Below, in pieces: positions 36,351 to 49,518 of a stretch of DNA of 64,000 nucleotides (position 1 is the stretch's first letter; every line of letters starts with the position of its first letter). Position numbers and translations under genes: made by a program. The stretch lies in contig RSEE01000020.1 in NCBI GenBank assembly GCA_003971905.1, positions 310,001 to 374,000 on the forward strand, in the 5' to 3' direction. The DNA comes from Moniliella sp. 'wahieum' (Eukaryota). A model generated the notes under the pieces. That model saw only the letters and a list, made by a program, of their open reading frames with translations. It was not told the DNA's origin and did not search any database.

Positions 36351-36533
36351 TCAGGGACGGGAGGCAGGTGGGAACCCGAGTGCGGCTCTGCGACGGGGGG
36401 ATGAGAGTAGAGCAATGGTTACGCACGACACGACAAAGGTGACGAAGCGGAAGAAGGCACGGCGAGACACGGCACGTTCCTCCTCAAGCGTACGGGCTGC
36501 GCTGAATATGCGCCGCAAGTTGGGGAAGGCCAT
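36351..36533 (-). CDS. 60-aa single-TM microprotein immediately upstream of VPS25
   Basis: MAFPNLRRIFSAARTLEEERAVSRRAFFRFVTFVVSCVTIALLS has an amphipathic basic N-terminus, a charged helix and a hydrophobic segment. It resembles small fungal proteins I recall but cannot name. Confidence 0.55.
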   Translation of the reverse strand: MAFPNLRRIFSAARTLEEERAVSRRAFFRFVTFVVSCVTIALLSSPRRRAALGFPPASRP

Positions 36534-36964
36534 ACGCTTGGCCCTGTGGGCGATACAGACGATGTGCGAACGGCGGGCGATGGAGCAGCCGCAGAGCGAG
36601 TGGTAGGCGCAGGAGGCGCTTTGGCTACCTCGCTCCCCCAAGATAAGGGGGGCCTGCCAGGGCCTGCCTCCTAAGGCCCAAGGGCGCTCGCTGCCCATTC
36701 CGCCATTCCGCCCCGCGGCAGGCCAAGGGCAGGCTTTCTGAAATGGACGAACCGGGGGGAGGCCCTGAAAAGACATGGCCGTATTCATTTCCTCTTTCTT
36801 CTATCGTCAGCTCTGGGAGAAACAACAGATGGCATTCGTCTCTACCTCTCGATGGGCCACAACAGTAAAGGGAGACGTCATGGATGATGGGAAGATGGGT
36901 TGGCAAACGCAGGGCTAAAACACGGAGGACATCACACGATGACACGGCCAGATGTTCTCGTCCA

Positions 36965-39900
36965 TCAACGTTTGGAATGGAGGAAAATGCACATGCGATG
37001 CCTGCTCTGTTCCTGCTCAAGGCAAAAGCCGCCGGAGCGATTCAGAAGCGGTGGAAGATCGACTAGCTGGCACAGTCGGCGTAGGCCGCTTGAAGGCCAA
37101 TCCGCCCTGTGCCGCGGCAAGGTGGGAGACCGATGAACGACACTGCTCTCCCCCTCATTCGAAGGGCGATTTTCCTCGGCTTCCCATTGTGGCCCAAGCT
37201 CCTGTCCTTCTTGTGGGGTGGCCAAGCCGGGACCGGCAAAGGGGGTGCTGCTAGCCAGCCCATAGTTCTCTGCTGCAATCGCCGATCCAGAGACCGATGT
37301 TGCCGGACCCGAGACCGATGCCAAGGCCAATTGAGCAGCCGCTCTGGGACCCTTGGCAGAGATGGAAACTACGCTGTGCGCCGCACTTGCCGTCGAACGT
37401 CCCGAATGGGAACGAGCGCCAAAGGAGCCTGGGGTACTCCCTGGGTTGGACAGCTTCCGCTTGCTCTGCTTCGACCGACTGTGCGGGTGCACGACATGGG
37501 ATGGGACTGGGGACCCCGACGGCACACCTGCCGTTCCTGTCTCTGTTACTGCCGCGCTTAGGGCCTCGCCTCCCGAAGCGAGCACGCCAATTTGAGGGGA
37601 AGGCAAGGACCCCGACTGTGGGGCCCGACCGAGTGTACCCATGTTCAACGATCTCGGCCTCGATCCCAAACCAAGAGGAGAGGCAGATACGCCCACATCC
37701 GACACAGCTGGCGGCAGTGCTGAAGCTGGCGACGACGAGAAAGGGTTGGTGACATCAGCTGGGATGGAGCTCACCCTGGCGCGACGGGGGATCGGGACGG
37801 CTACTGCGGCGGTGGCGCCATCAGGTGCGAATCGCACCGAGGGAGACCGGTTCTGGCGGCAATCAAAAGCTGCTAGTGGGGCAGAGACAGGGCGCAAAGA
37901 AGGGGGCGGCCCACGGTGTCCAGAATCCCGCCACTGGAAGTGCCACCACCTTGGTTTGCCGCTATGGCTGCTCCCGGCGAGGTACCGGCGCTCCTCGAAC
38001 CAGGCGAGGAGGCTCTCAGGCCCACTGCGCCCACTCCTGCAGGATTGGTGAATCTTCTGGACAAGTTGGGATGTACCTCCGCGCGCGAGTCATCCATGGG
38101 CGCACTCGCCACGGGTGTAACAGGATCCGGGATTTTGGGCTCCAGTTCAGGTGTGGAGACGACATGGGACAGTGGCTGGGGGGGAAGTAGCGGGCTGAGG
38201 AGGAGGAGCCACCCGGGATCCCAAAGGTGGTGTCGTTCGTGGTCGAGGCGGTGGGCTTGCGCGTGTCGCCTGCCCCGGTGCTGAAGGAATAGAGGGGGTA
38301 GACGGTAATGCAGTGGCTGGATTCGATGGGGCGTGGTACTCCACCGCATCCAGAACATAGTATGTAAGCCCTATCGGGAGACGGAAGGGGTTCGTCATAA
38401 CTGTCTCGAAGTCGTCAGGATGAGTGGGGGATGCATGGGATGCGGCCGAGTCGTCGTTGGCGGGTACCACCACCAGAGGCTCGGCCGAGCCAGCAGTATA
38501 GACTGCCACTCGGGTCACGCGCGCCACAAGCCAATGTTTCCCATGGACGAGGGAGGCCGTGTGCGCGGCACTTTCTTCCGGCCCAGCTGAGAACTGGGGA
38601 GGCAGGGTGTTCAAAAAGTGGTGCGGCGCGGAGACGTTAAACGCAGCCCAGGACGGAGCCGTGGAGGGCGGCCCGCCCGTGTTAGAGTCACGCGTAGGAA
38701 GAAGAGAGCCAAATCACCGGGAAGGAACGAGGTAAAAGCTAGATGATCGCCATCTGGCCGAGTGAAAAACGGTCGAGCATGAGCAGGAAGCGCATGCACA
38801 AGGGCCCGACTCGATGAGATGGGCTGGGGAATGGATGTCGTGGGAGGCGGTAGGGAAGTACCGGCGCCCGCGGCACCCAAGTTACCTAATGGCGTGGTAG
38901 CGGCTGCCCCACTACGTGTGCGCACGCGGTCGAGATTGTCCTTGACCGAACGGTAGGCCTTCGTCCACTTCTTTACTACTCGCACCAGGCTCTCTAGCTT
39001 GACCTTTGCCTCAGAGGAGATAGTCGACGGAGTAAAGACAGCGTACACATGTCCCAGCGCCAACTCGAGATCGAGCAAATCTTGATCCATAGCGCCAAAG
39101 TCCAAGTGCCCGTCCCCTAACACACGGTCAGGGGCAGTCATCACGCTAGCCTTGTCCACTGATTCGGTGTCCCACCGATCTTTTTCATATGTCCGTCCTC
39201 GAGATGGCGAAGATAGGGGCTTGCGTTCATCCGAATGTGTGGCAGCCAAAGACTTTGCACCAACCGGCCTTCGACCGGTTTCGGGAGTAGAGAGAACCCT
39301 GAACCGGGGATGGCCGTCAACGTAGCAGAGGTAAACGGTTGGTGCGTGACTGGGACCGACCTCGGCGAGAATGCGGGAGAGCTATGTTTACCCAAGGAAG
39401 CAGGCCCACCAGTGTTGTGGTTCCGGCGAGAAACATCCGCCGCCGATTTGGAGCGTGGGCCACAACCAACGAGGTATCCTTCGCGGGCATAGTCTGAGCA
39501 GCAGCTGGCACGCCATCTTGGGTGCAAGGGCCACCAAGGCTGTAATTAACTCCTGTGACGCCGCGTCCTGAGCGTGATCTAGCTTGGCGTCCTCTCCGCT
39601 TGAGGGCGCGCCAGATGTGGAAACCAGACCATCTCGCGATGGAGAGGTTGCTGTGGACGCTGGGGCCATAGAGGAATGCGCTGAGGCCCGACTCGCCAGC
39701 GCGGGCATGGCCAAGAGTGCTGCTCGGACAGCTAGGAGAGAATGTGCCCACTGAGCTGATGCTGATAGCAGCGCTATGTACCGTTCATTTGCCGTTGCCG
39801 CCGCCGTATCTGCAGCCTGCCTTGCCCGCTCGGCAGAGTCTACGCGGCGAGTTAACTGGACATGGTCTTCGTCGGCAGCCGAAAGTTGCGCCCTCAAAGC

Positions 39901-42636
39901 GGCCAATGCCTCTGTCAAAGCATCAGCGTCTGCCGCGGCGGCACGAGCTGCTCGGCGTGCCGAACCCAGGTCGCGCGTGGCCGAGTCCACATCCACCTGT
40001 AGTCTGGCAACCAAGGCAGCGTCAGCATCCGCCTCAGCCCGGGCTGACCGCTTGATCCGTTCTTTCTCATGCTCAGTTCCTTGTAGCCTCTTGCTGCCGG
40101 ATAAGTTGGGCACGGAGAGACACCACTTCTGCGCGGAGCTCGGCCGCCTCAGTCTGGGCGGCAACCAACTCAGCACGATGCAGAGGTGACCTCGGGAACC
40201 TGCTTAGCCTTGGCTTCCGCCGCAGCTTGGGCGGCCTGAGCGGCAGCGACCAGATCGACCTGATTTGCACCTCGTGCTGGGCTGCGGCGAGCGACTCTTC
40301 CAGTTCAGAAATGCGTAGCGCATCGTCTTCGGCGGCTTGATGGGCTCGCGATCGGCGCGGCGGAGTGACTCAAGCTCCTTCTGCTGAGCCTTCATGACAT
40401 CGGACAAATTCAGATAATGTTGTTGCGCAGTGTCCGCTTGGGCACGAAGATGGCGCACGGTTGCTTGGAGCTCCTCCATCTCGGCCGCTTTGCGATGTGC
40501 TTCTCCTCGGTCGCGGGTTACTGTTTCCAAGGCATCATCCCGCTCTTCCCGCATCGACTGTAAAGCCGCCCGGTGCTCTTTACGCTCTTGTAGCAAAAGC
40601 CGCTTGAGCGCCCGAGGGCGAGCAGGCAATTCTTCTTCATTCGTTTTATTGTGCGCCTCCAACAGGTCCGACCTCTCTTCAGGATCGGCCCCGTCCGTAT
40701 AAGTGGAGGTGGAGGAGACATCGCTGGCGTCTTCCCCCAGAAGGTGCGCCTCGACTAGGTGCTCAAAATGCTCTGATACCCCATCCAGCTCGACCAGAAG
40801 CTCATTTAAGAGCTCGCGTGTTGCTTGGGTGGGACTCGGGCTCGTCCCGGCAATGACAGATTGTTGGGTATCAGATGAGGGGTTTTGAAAGTCGCTACTG
40901 GTGGCATCAGGGACAGTGACAACGTTGAATTATACTCATTGCCCAGGCCTGGCGGAGAGGTGTGAGGGGCGGGCCATACCCAAGAGTTTGATCAATGTGG
41001 TCAAGGAGGTCCAAAAGTTCATAAATGTGTTGTCGACTGGGCCGGGTACTGGGCGGCTCAGATTCGGTGCGCTCTGTCTTGATGTGCAAGCTGGGTGGGG
41101 GCTTGTCCAGACCACGGATTTCCCAGGGTAAGTGTTTGCGATGGTCGTGGTCGTACTTTTTGCGCTTTCGATGATCATCCATACTGAAGTCGACCATTAG
41201 CTGAGCAAAGGCGGTGGAGTGGTCCAGGAACGCCTGGGTAAACTCGGCACGACGAACCCGTTCCGCGATTGTGGCACCATACGCAGGTAGGATGGAGACA
41301 AGCCGTTGGAGGTAGCGAAAGTATTCTACCTTGGTTGGTCCGTCAGGCGTAGGGGGGATGGGAAGTGTATCTTGAGCAATCGCGATTTCACCACCATAGT
41401 CAGCATAAACGCTTTGCAGATGAGAAATATCAGAAAGGTGATGGACCGCAGCAGTACGAGCCGTATTCAGCTCGGCGGTGAGACGGCGGATGGCGTCGCG
41501 AGCCACCTCGTCACAAAGGAGTAGCTCGTCGGTTGCCATAGCCAAGGACCCGAGCTCGGCATCACTCAGCTTATCTGCCACGGGCCATCCATTCTGGTCG
41601 GGCGAAGCAACCCCAAACATATACTGCGCCAACTCTTGTGTCCGCCCCGATGCTTGAACTGCCTCATCTCTGGAGTCACTTGCAAACTGCGTCGAGGCGG
41701 GGCCCGCCTCCTCTTGCAAAGCGGTCATGGTAGCTTGGTGTTGTTTCCCATTTTCCTCAATCACCTCGATCTGGTGCAACATTTTATCGTACACAGCTTG
41801 ACCTTGTGCCGCCACGCTACGCATGCGGTCCTTGTTAATCCAACTGCTGAGCGTACGCGTCGGGGGAGGGGACTGAAATGAGCTTTCAGTGCTGCTAGAG
41901 CCAGCCCCGTGGGAAGAAACAGACACAAGAAGCAGCTCGGGGCGAACGCTGACGAGGTCCAAGGCAGCCAAGGCACCCTCATAGGCATCAAGCAAGGCAC
42001 GCATCCGAGCGAGCTCGAGACGACAGGAGCTCTGCAGAGCATTGGACGCTTGCTGAATGCTTTCGGCGTGTTGGATCAAGTTGTATAAAGCAACCTGAGA
42101 ACCCTTGCGGACAACATCCATGCTGTTGAACAAGGCCTGAGCTCGCTCAGCATGAACAACAATGATGGCCACAGCACGTTCCGCATATGCCAGTAGCTCT
42201 TGTAGTGAGTTTGGTGTTGGAGGGCGGGCAACTTGCATCGCTGGGCACAAAGGCAAGGGGGGGTCAGTTTGTCAGTTTATTGAGCATGGAAGCAGACAAC
42301 ATACCTCCGAGAGCCGGTTCGAGAACAAGGGGCTCCTGGAGCGACGGGGCGACATGATCGGGTTCGGCTGACAAGATGTCGCGAGAAAGACAAAGAGATC
42401 GGGGTCGGAGCGGAGAGAGGGCACCTGCTGAGATGCAGCAGGGGATAGATCGGTGAGCTGGGCAAGGAGGTCATCGGTGAGCTGGGCCCCGTCGTCGGTG
42501 ATTATAATGACGGCATCGGCAACGATGCCAGTGACGAGCGACACCACGTCGGCCAGTGCATTGACAGAACCAAAGGCGCGCAGGGGCTGGTCGAGCTCGT
42601 GGACGACGACGCCATCGTGGCGCTGTAGACGTGCAT
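36965..42636 (-). CDS. ATG11: Autophagy scaffold Atg11; intron 42241-42304; many indels; 3' end uncertain (36965-37070)
   Basis: Ubiquitin-like N-terminus (MHVYSA.DG..TGI..DAVI..DG.QL), Atg17-like helical region (P.YGATIAE.VRR.EF), coiled coil, and C-terminal claw (LAF.SF.PGDLALF, WLVARV, NPFRLP.G..YY). Confidence 0.9.
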
Positions 42637-43158
42637 GCTGCACCAGGGCAGGCGTCGTGTCGTCACACACACGCCGCACTTGGATGAAGGGTGGGGGGAG
42701 GGGAGGGGGTGGGAAACGCGGAGTCGTAGGGGCGCCCGATGGAGGGGGGATGGGAGGGGCGATGGGGGGCGATAGAGGCGGCGGTGGAGGTGGCGTCGGA
42801 GGTGGGGGTGGGGGAGGGTGGCACGGGCGCAGGTTGAACGTTGAACGTACCGAATCCATTACTCGACGAGACTGAGTACCAGAGAGCAGTCTGATAGCCG
42901 TCACGTGATGCCACCGCCCAATTCCGCGGGGTCACCTGTTATCAACTTCCGTTCCGCCTGGCGCGTCAACTGACGACTGAGACTGACATGTGACATGCAT
43001 GCGCTGACAGGCCGTGTTGCAATTTGAAATGCGCAGGCGGGCTTCTGCGGCTCTCAAGAGGTGGGCATCACCCACCGGGTGGCATCACACATCGTCCATG
43101 GCCCAGCGTGCTTTTTTTTGGTCTGCTCGTCCGGGCCACCGCGGGCGGTGAAGGGACG

Positions 43159-45165
43159 ATGAGGGCTGCCGCACGCAGCCAGCTGGGCCACCACCACTTC
43201 TTCTGCCCCGCCTCGCGTCCGCTCCGCCAGAGGGTGTTTGGCCCGCACCGACTTCTCCCCACGCTTGCCCGCCCCGCCGCCGCCGTCCGCCCCATCACCA
43301 GCATGCGTCCCGCCGCCACCAGCCTGGCCCCTCCCCAGCCTCCTCAGCCCCCGTCCTCTCTCCCTGCGCTGCCTGGGTTTGTCCAGGTCGCCTCCCTCGA
43401 TGCCCTGCACGAGTCAGCACGCCATCATATCACCCTCCGCCACCGCGGAACAGGCGAATACCACAACCTCCTTCTCTTCACCTTCCCCCCCGCTGCCGGC
43501 TCCGCATCTTCTACGCCGCGTCTCTACTGCATGGAAGCCGCCTGTCCGCATGTGGGTGCGCCGCTGGAGAATGCGCACGTCCATCCCGCCGATCCCGATT
43601 CTGATGTCGAGTCCCCTAGTCTTGAACTGGCTGATGTGGAGGACATGGTAGTTGTCTGTCCCTGGCACGAGTACGACTTTAACCTGCGCACAGGCGAAAG
43701 CAGCCATGGGCTGAACGCATGCGTATACGACGTCAAAACAGTAGTCTCGCCGCAAGGAAGCAGCATTTGGATTCAAACGCCCAAGCCTCACGATACGGCT
43801 GCTGCCGTCCAGGATGACGATTGGGAGCTGATCGAGCGGAGACCCGTGAGTGAGTCCTTCTCACACCAATTTGCTGCTGTACAATCTCGCGTGGACCCGG
43901 CCGAGGCAATGGACAAGCTGGCCATCGATACCCAAGAGCCCGTCCCGACACATCTCCAACCAGCTTTGCTGCTGAGGTAGCAGCGGTGCCCAGCCCCGAT
44001 CCATCCCCCACTACGTTGGTCGAATGGGCCTGCCTTGTCCTCCGCTCGCCCGAGCCCGCGCGCAAGGTCGCCTACACTCAGCAAGCGGTGCGCGAATTTC
44101 GCGACGGCACAATTCGCAGTATCGGCGGAGGTCTCCCTCGTTCCCGTCCTTCCGACGAACAAGGTCCTGTCTATCGGCCTCATTCCAAGTTTCTGATGGC
44201 CAAGGCTGGATGCCTCCGCTGCCCGACCGGGACGCGGAGATTAACCAAGCTTACGAACAACAATGGGAATGGCGCCGTCCTCCGAGCCAAGTTCCCCCTC
44301 ACACCCCACCAAGGGAAGATACAACCCAAATGATGGACCCGACTCAGATGGCGCGTAGGGGAAAGGGGGGGTCCCAAGGTAGTCGGATCAAGATGCTGCA
44401 CAGCCTGGCCAACATCGAACTTTGGGCCATCGACCTGGCGTGGGACATTATTGCACGAGGACAAGAACTAGCACATCGCCACTCATTCGCATATTTCCAC
44501 CCGCTTGGGGGAGAAAAGGCGCCCAAACTACCATCCCAGTTCTTTGCTGATTTTGCCAAGGTCGCTGAGGACGAAGCCAAGCACTTTAGTCTGCTTCAAG
44601 AACGGCTTTGGGCACTGGACAGGATCCGTTTTGGCCAATTGCCGATCCACGCCTCCCTCTGGGATAGTGCGTTGGAAACATGTCATTCCCTTACCGCCCG
44701 TCTGTCGATCATCCACCTTGTCCACGAGGCTCGAGGGCTGGACGTCAACCCACAAACGATTGCTAAATTTGAGCGGGCTCAAGACATGCCAAGCACCGAG
44801 GTGCTTCGTATTATCCACATGGATGAGGTCACCCATGTGGCTGCGGGCCATCGTTGGCTCACGTGGCTCTGCCACAACGCCTCTTCCCCCACCTTAAACC
44901 CAGTGCAAGTGTTCCGCGACGAAGTCAAGTACAATTTTGTAGGCCGTCTCAAAGGACCGTTTAATGGCCCTGACCGTGCAAAGGCAGGCTTGGTACGTCT
45001 CCCGCGTCCCCATCGCATGATGATTCCCACTGACTCCTCTTTCTTTCACAGGCAAAGGACTGGTATGAGGGCCTTTACGGTGAGAAACCCCCACGGGCTA
45101 AGGATGCTCCGATCGTGGGCGTCCGGCGCGCTGAGGTATCCCATGGCGAACGGATTGAGACTTAG
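43159..45165 (+). CDS. Rieske [2Fe-2S] domain fused to DUF455 ferritin-like diiron domain; putative mitochondrial presequence; intron 44993-45051
   Basis: Rieske ligands CPH(VG) and CPWH(EYDF). Ferritin-like ligands LHSLANIE, DEAKHF, HEARGLD, DEVTHV. Confidence 0.88.
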
Positions 45166-45604
45166 ATCCGGAGGCTGGACGGAGTTTAGCCTACCCCATT
45201 TGTTCTCGACCTATCTTGATCTTTGCCCGCTATCACTTCCTGTCTGCATTACCAAAAATTGGACGCCACATCTGTACGAAATGTGTATTGAGGCCATGAA
45301 GCCTGAGGTTAGCCTAATTAGATCCAAGAGAGCATCAGGACAATAAAACAAAGTTAAAGTACCGGGCGGGTGGTCAGCTCGCAGAGGACCGCTCCGGTGA
45401 CCCCCCCAGTGACCACATGGAGCGGCCCCCCGCTTTGTGCTGACTTTTGGCTGACAAATTTCCCCGCATTCCCTTTTCTTCGCCATAACTAGTAACTGAA
45501 AAGGCGGTTCTTCATTGGCCCGTTTTCTTTCGCCCATCGTCCGTTACTGCACCCACTCCAAAGGGCATAATACCTCCCAGATGATATATAGACCTGCAGG
45601 CGTA

Positions 45605-45615
45605 ACCCCGAAGGT
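45605..45615 (+). promoter_or_regulatory. Candidate zinc-responsive element (Zap1/ZafA type)
   Basis: ACCCCGAAGGT fits ACCYYNAAGGT and lies ~900 bp upstream of a COG0523 gene. Confidence 0.4.
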
Positions 45616-46514
45616 GCACCCCAGGCTGAAGCTAGCAAGTACTACTTATTTTATTGGGGTGATGGTGTAGGGCGCTACTTCTTGCGGTGCTAATAGTAGT
45701 ATTACTGCACCGTGTGAGTGTTGCTCCGAACTGACCTTTGGCGTCACAGAATTTATCGAAGAAAGAGGGGGGTCCTGGCCTGCTGGCCCGAAGGCCTCTT
45801 GGTTGCGTTGGCCCTGGCGATACAGATAGAAGGACTCCAGATGCGCGAGCCTGCTGCTTTGTCCCCCCATGTTTCACACGTTCTGCAAATGCTATACGGA
45901 TTCAGAAGAAATGGTGCATATTTTCTTCTATGGGAGGTGCAGAATGAGAGTGTGGGCATAATGTGGGAAGGGAAAACGGTCAATGACGCCAGTCACGGCT
46001 ACTAGTAGTCAGCGGCGAGAGACCATGCGTGCTCGCAGATGTGGAGAGTTCTCTATGTCTCCATAGGCTTAAACACATCTACTTCTGTGTCACGGTACCG
46101 ATCGCGGTATATAGCCCCTCCCGTGAGACGTACTGCATGAAAGGTACAACTCGGAAATCGTTCAAACGAGAGGGGGGCAGGGGCCTGTTGTACATATATC
46201 CTTGGTGGTACCTAACCATTCGGGTACTCTTTTTTATCGACCTACTGCCCAGCAGCCGGCGCCATATGCTCCAGCACGACCACGCACGCGATAGAAAGAA
46301 GAATGAACGACCAAGCTCTCACCCTGTCGCTAACAAGGCGAGCCACCTCATCACAGCAGCACGCACGGCGGAGTATTGCAAACTGGCTGCCGTTTATTCT
46401 TCTTTTTTTCTCGCTTCAGGTGTGCATCTCTATATAAAGAGGCACAATCTGCCACTTCTTCTGGTGTAAGTTATCCCACCCATCACATTCGGGCACGCCT
46501 CTACTCGAAGCGCA

Positions 46515-48513
46515 ATGGCCCCGGCTGCAACACGTGCCACGGCCAAGACCCAGGATAAGGCAACCAAGCTTAATTCCCAAGCTTTACCAGTCTACGGGGA
46601 AGATGGAGAACGCCAACTTCCCGTGACACTCCTCAGCGGTTTCCTCGGCGCAGGAAAGAGTACGTTGCTCGAACACATTCTACGCAGCAAGGACCACGGT
46701 CTCAAGGTTGCGGTGATTGTCAACGACATGGGTGAGCTTAACATCGATGCAGCCCTGTTGGCGAACCACAACGTTGCACAAAAGCAAGAGAGGGTGGTGG
46801 AGATGCAAAACGGGTGTATTTGCTGTACTCTTCGCGGTGATCTACTGGAAGAAGTAGCGGATCTGGCCAAAAACTGCAACGTGGACTACTACTGATCGAG
46901 TCATCGGGGGTATCTGAACCAATGCAGGTTGCCGAATCCTTCTCCCCCGAATTTGCTGATATGCATGTTCAAGCTGGCCACGACCTCGAAGAGGAACTCG
47001 CAAGCACGGACGACATGGAGATGCGCAAATCCAACCAGCGCGTTGCCCAGATCCTACGCAATGGTGGACTGTCGAAAATTTCCCGGCTTGACACATGCGT
47101 TACGGTGGTGGATGCAGTAAATGTGCTCAACGACTTCGAAACTGCCGACTTTCTCATTGACCGCCATGATCGAGGCGTCGTTCCTGAAGAAGACGACCGC
47201 AGTCTGAGCGACCTGATGACGGACCAACTCGAATTTTCGTATGTATCTACCTTTATCCCCACCCCCCTCTCTTGCTACACCTAACACACGCAACCCATTT
47301 CTGACACATTTTTGCCCCACCTCAGCAATGTAGTTATTGTCAATAAGACGGACCTGGTCAGTCCGACTGAGTTGAGCAAAATCAAGCAGTTGATTCACGT
47401 TCTTAATCCCTCGGCCCGGGTGGTAGAGGCGCGATATGGCAAAATTGACCCAAAAAGTGTGCTTGATACCAAGCTATTCAACTATGAAAAGGCCACTCTC
47501 AGCGCGGGCTGGCTTCAAAGCTTGCAGGAAAAGCATACACCCGAAACCATCGAATATGACATTGCCAGTTGTACGTTTTGTGCCTCCCTGTGCTTTTCAT
47601 TTTTTTTCTCCTATGTGTGGTTTCTTGCCCGCCATATGGCCCTAATACGGAAACGGCATGGACGTTTGTTGACACCCAGCTCTCTCTCTATCTTTTCACA
47701 GTCGTGTACCGTGCCCGTCGTCCGTTTCACCCCAAGCGCCTTTGGCAGATGATCCGCAAAGTCTTTGTCGTCATCCAAGATGAATTGATTGATGATGGCA
47801 TTGATGACCCCGAAGAAGGGAAGAAGACCGGTGTCGAAGATGAAGAGGTCGATGACCATAATAATGACACAAATTCGGACCCGGATGGTGAACGAACAGC
47901 AATTGGCACGGATGACGAAGAGGGCGATGAGGATGACGTTGAAACAGACCAAGATGATGCGGAGCAGACCCAGTCAGAGAATGATGAAGAGGAAGAAGAA
48001 GATGAACCGCAGCCCCAACTCAACCCGAAAGCGCGTCTGGCCGAGAAGAAGGCAAGTCCAACGTTTGGCCCATTGCTCCGCTCCAAGGGATTTGTTTGGC
48101 TCGCTACTCGGCCGCTCATGTTTGGGGAGTGGTCCCAGGCCGGAGTGATGCTGACCCTTTCCGGGGGGTCGAGATGGCGCTGTGAGGTACCGCGTTCTGA
48201 ATGGGGGGATGACAAGGATGTTGTAAAAGCCATCCTGGACGACTTTCAAGCTCCTTATGGCGATCGACGCCAAGAGCTCGTTTTGATTGGGCACCAGATG
48301 AAGGCAAATGAACCGCGGCTTCGTCTGGAGTTGGACAAATGCCTTCTTGACGACGAAGAGATGGCAATCTTTAGCCAGATCATGCTCTCAAAATCCAAAA
48401 AGTTGCGCTCCATGGCCGCTAAGCAAACGGCTCTGGAAGAGCGCTTCGAAGATGGATTCGAGGACTGGTTTGATGATTTGGACCCCGAGCTCCATGCTGG
48501 TCACTACCATTAA
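46515..48513 (+). CDS. COG0523/CobW-family zinc metallochaperone GTPase (Zng1-like); introns ~47239-47325 and ~47571-47700
   Basis: SGFLGAGKST, VIVND, GCICC, IESSGVSEP, NKTD; CobW_C domain (RARRPFHPKRL, LLRSKGFVWLATR, GDRRQELVLIG) with an acidic insert. Confidence 0.93.
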
Positions 48514-49363
48514 CAAGCGGTCCCCCCCAGATCAAATGTTCACCCAGCCCTGGCACGTTATCTGTTACTTTGCTCAACATGACAGGTTGTGACAACTGGT
48601 TGCAGGCTAGCTGGAGAGGATTGGTAAAAGAGTACATATCTTCTCATCTATTCGCTATATATACCGCCAAAAGAGGGCGAATGAGTGGTTAGTAGGTATA
48701 TTATAGTAGTGCAGCAGGAGCTTCTAAGTACTCAACTATGCTATACTACTATTCCTAGGCTGCTGTAGTAGGGACGTCTCTTTACCAGATGTGGTAGGCC
48801 ACATACTCTGTTCCTGAGCCTGCACCTTCTTCTACTCCGGAGACACCTGCTCAACTCGGGACAGAACCTGCTACCTAAAACCCCGCCACCTAACCACCTC
48901 GGAGCCTGTTATTCATTGAGAAGCTGAAGAAGAGGGAAGGAGCGAGACACTACTCAGGACAAAGAAATTTTGGAAATGGAAGCGAAATCAGCCAAACAAT
49001 GACACCTGTTTTCAAGCATATGCTAGTACAAGTTGGTAGAAGATGATTTGCTGGAACTCTGGTTAGGATGGCTGGGACGGTTTTATTCCGTTGACCCTCG
49101 TGTCAGCTCCGGGCTTATATAGTTGAGACAGAAGATGGCTTTTCTCTGGATCTAGGCTGTTACCATTTCCAGCTCTGATGTGGTTGGCATTTGGACAAAA
49201 TCTCATTTGATGATTCTTCGTGTGACAGAGGCCTGTGCAGAGTATGCATAGTATAGGTAGGAAAAGAGCTTACCAGTATGGTAATCAACTATGGATTCGA
49301 GCCCCACAAAGGGGAGGGGGAGGCGATGTGATGAGTCGAGATGGTTGTCCGCTTATTGGAGGT

Positions 49364-49518
49364 CCTGATATCCTGTCGATTCCCCTGGTTCCTTAACATT
49401 AGTTGGTTGCGCTACCACGTAACTCACGCAAAAGATGAACGGTTCGGTTTAGGCGTAGCGTTTCCCTGTCCCAGCCTTAAGCGCGTCAGCTCTGTCAATG
49501 ATATGGATGCAGTATAGA
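49364..49518 (-). mobile_element. Dispersed repeat family H, copy 3 (inverted)
   Basis: The reverse complement matches 15269-15423, and the first ~31 nt are identical. Confidence 0.65.
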
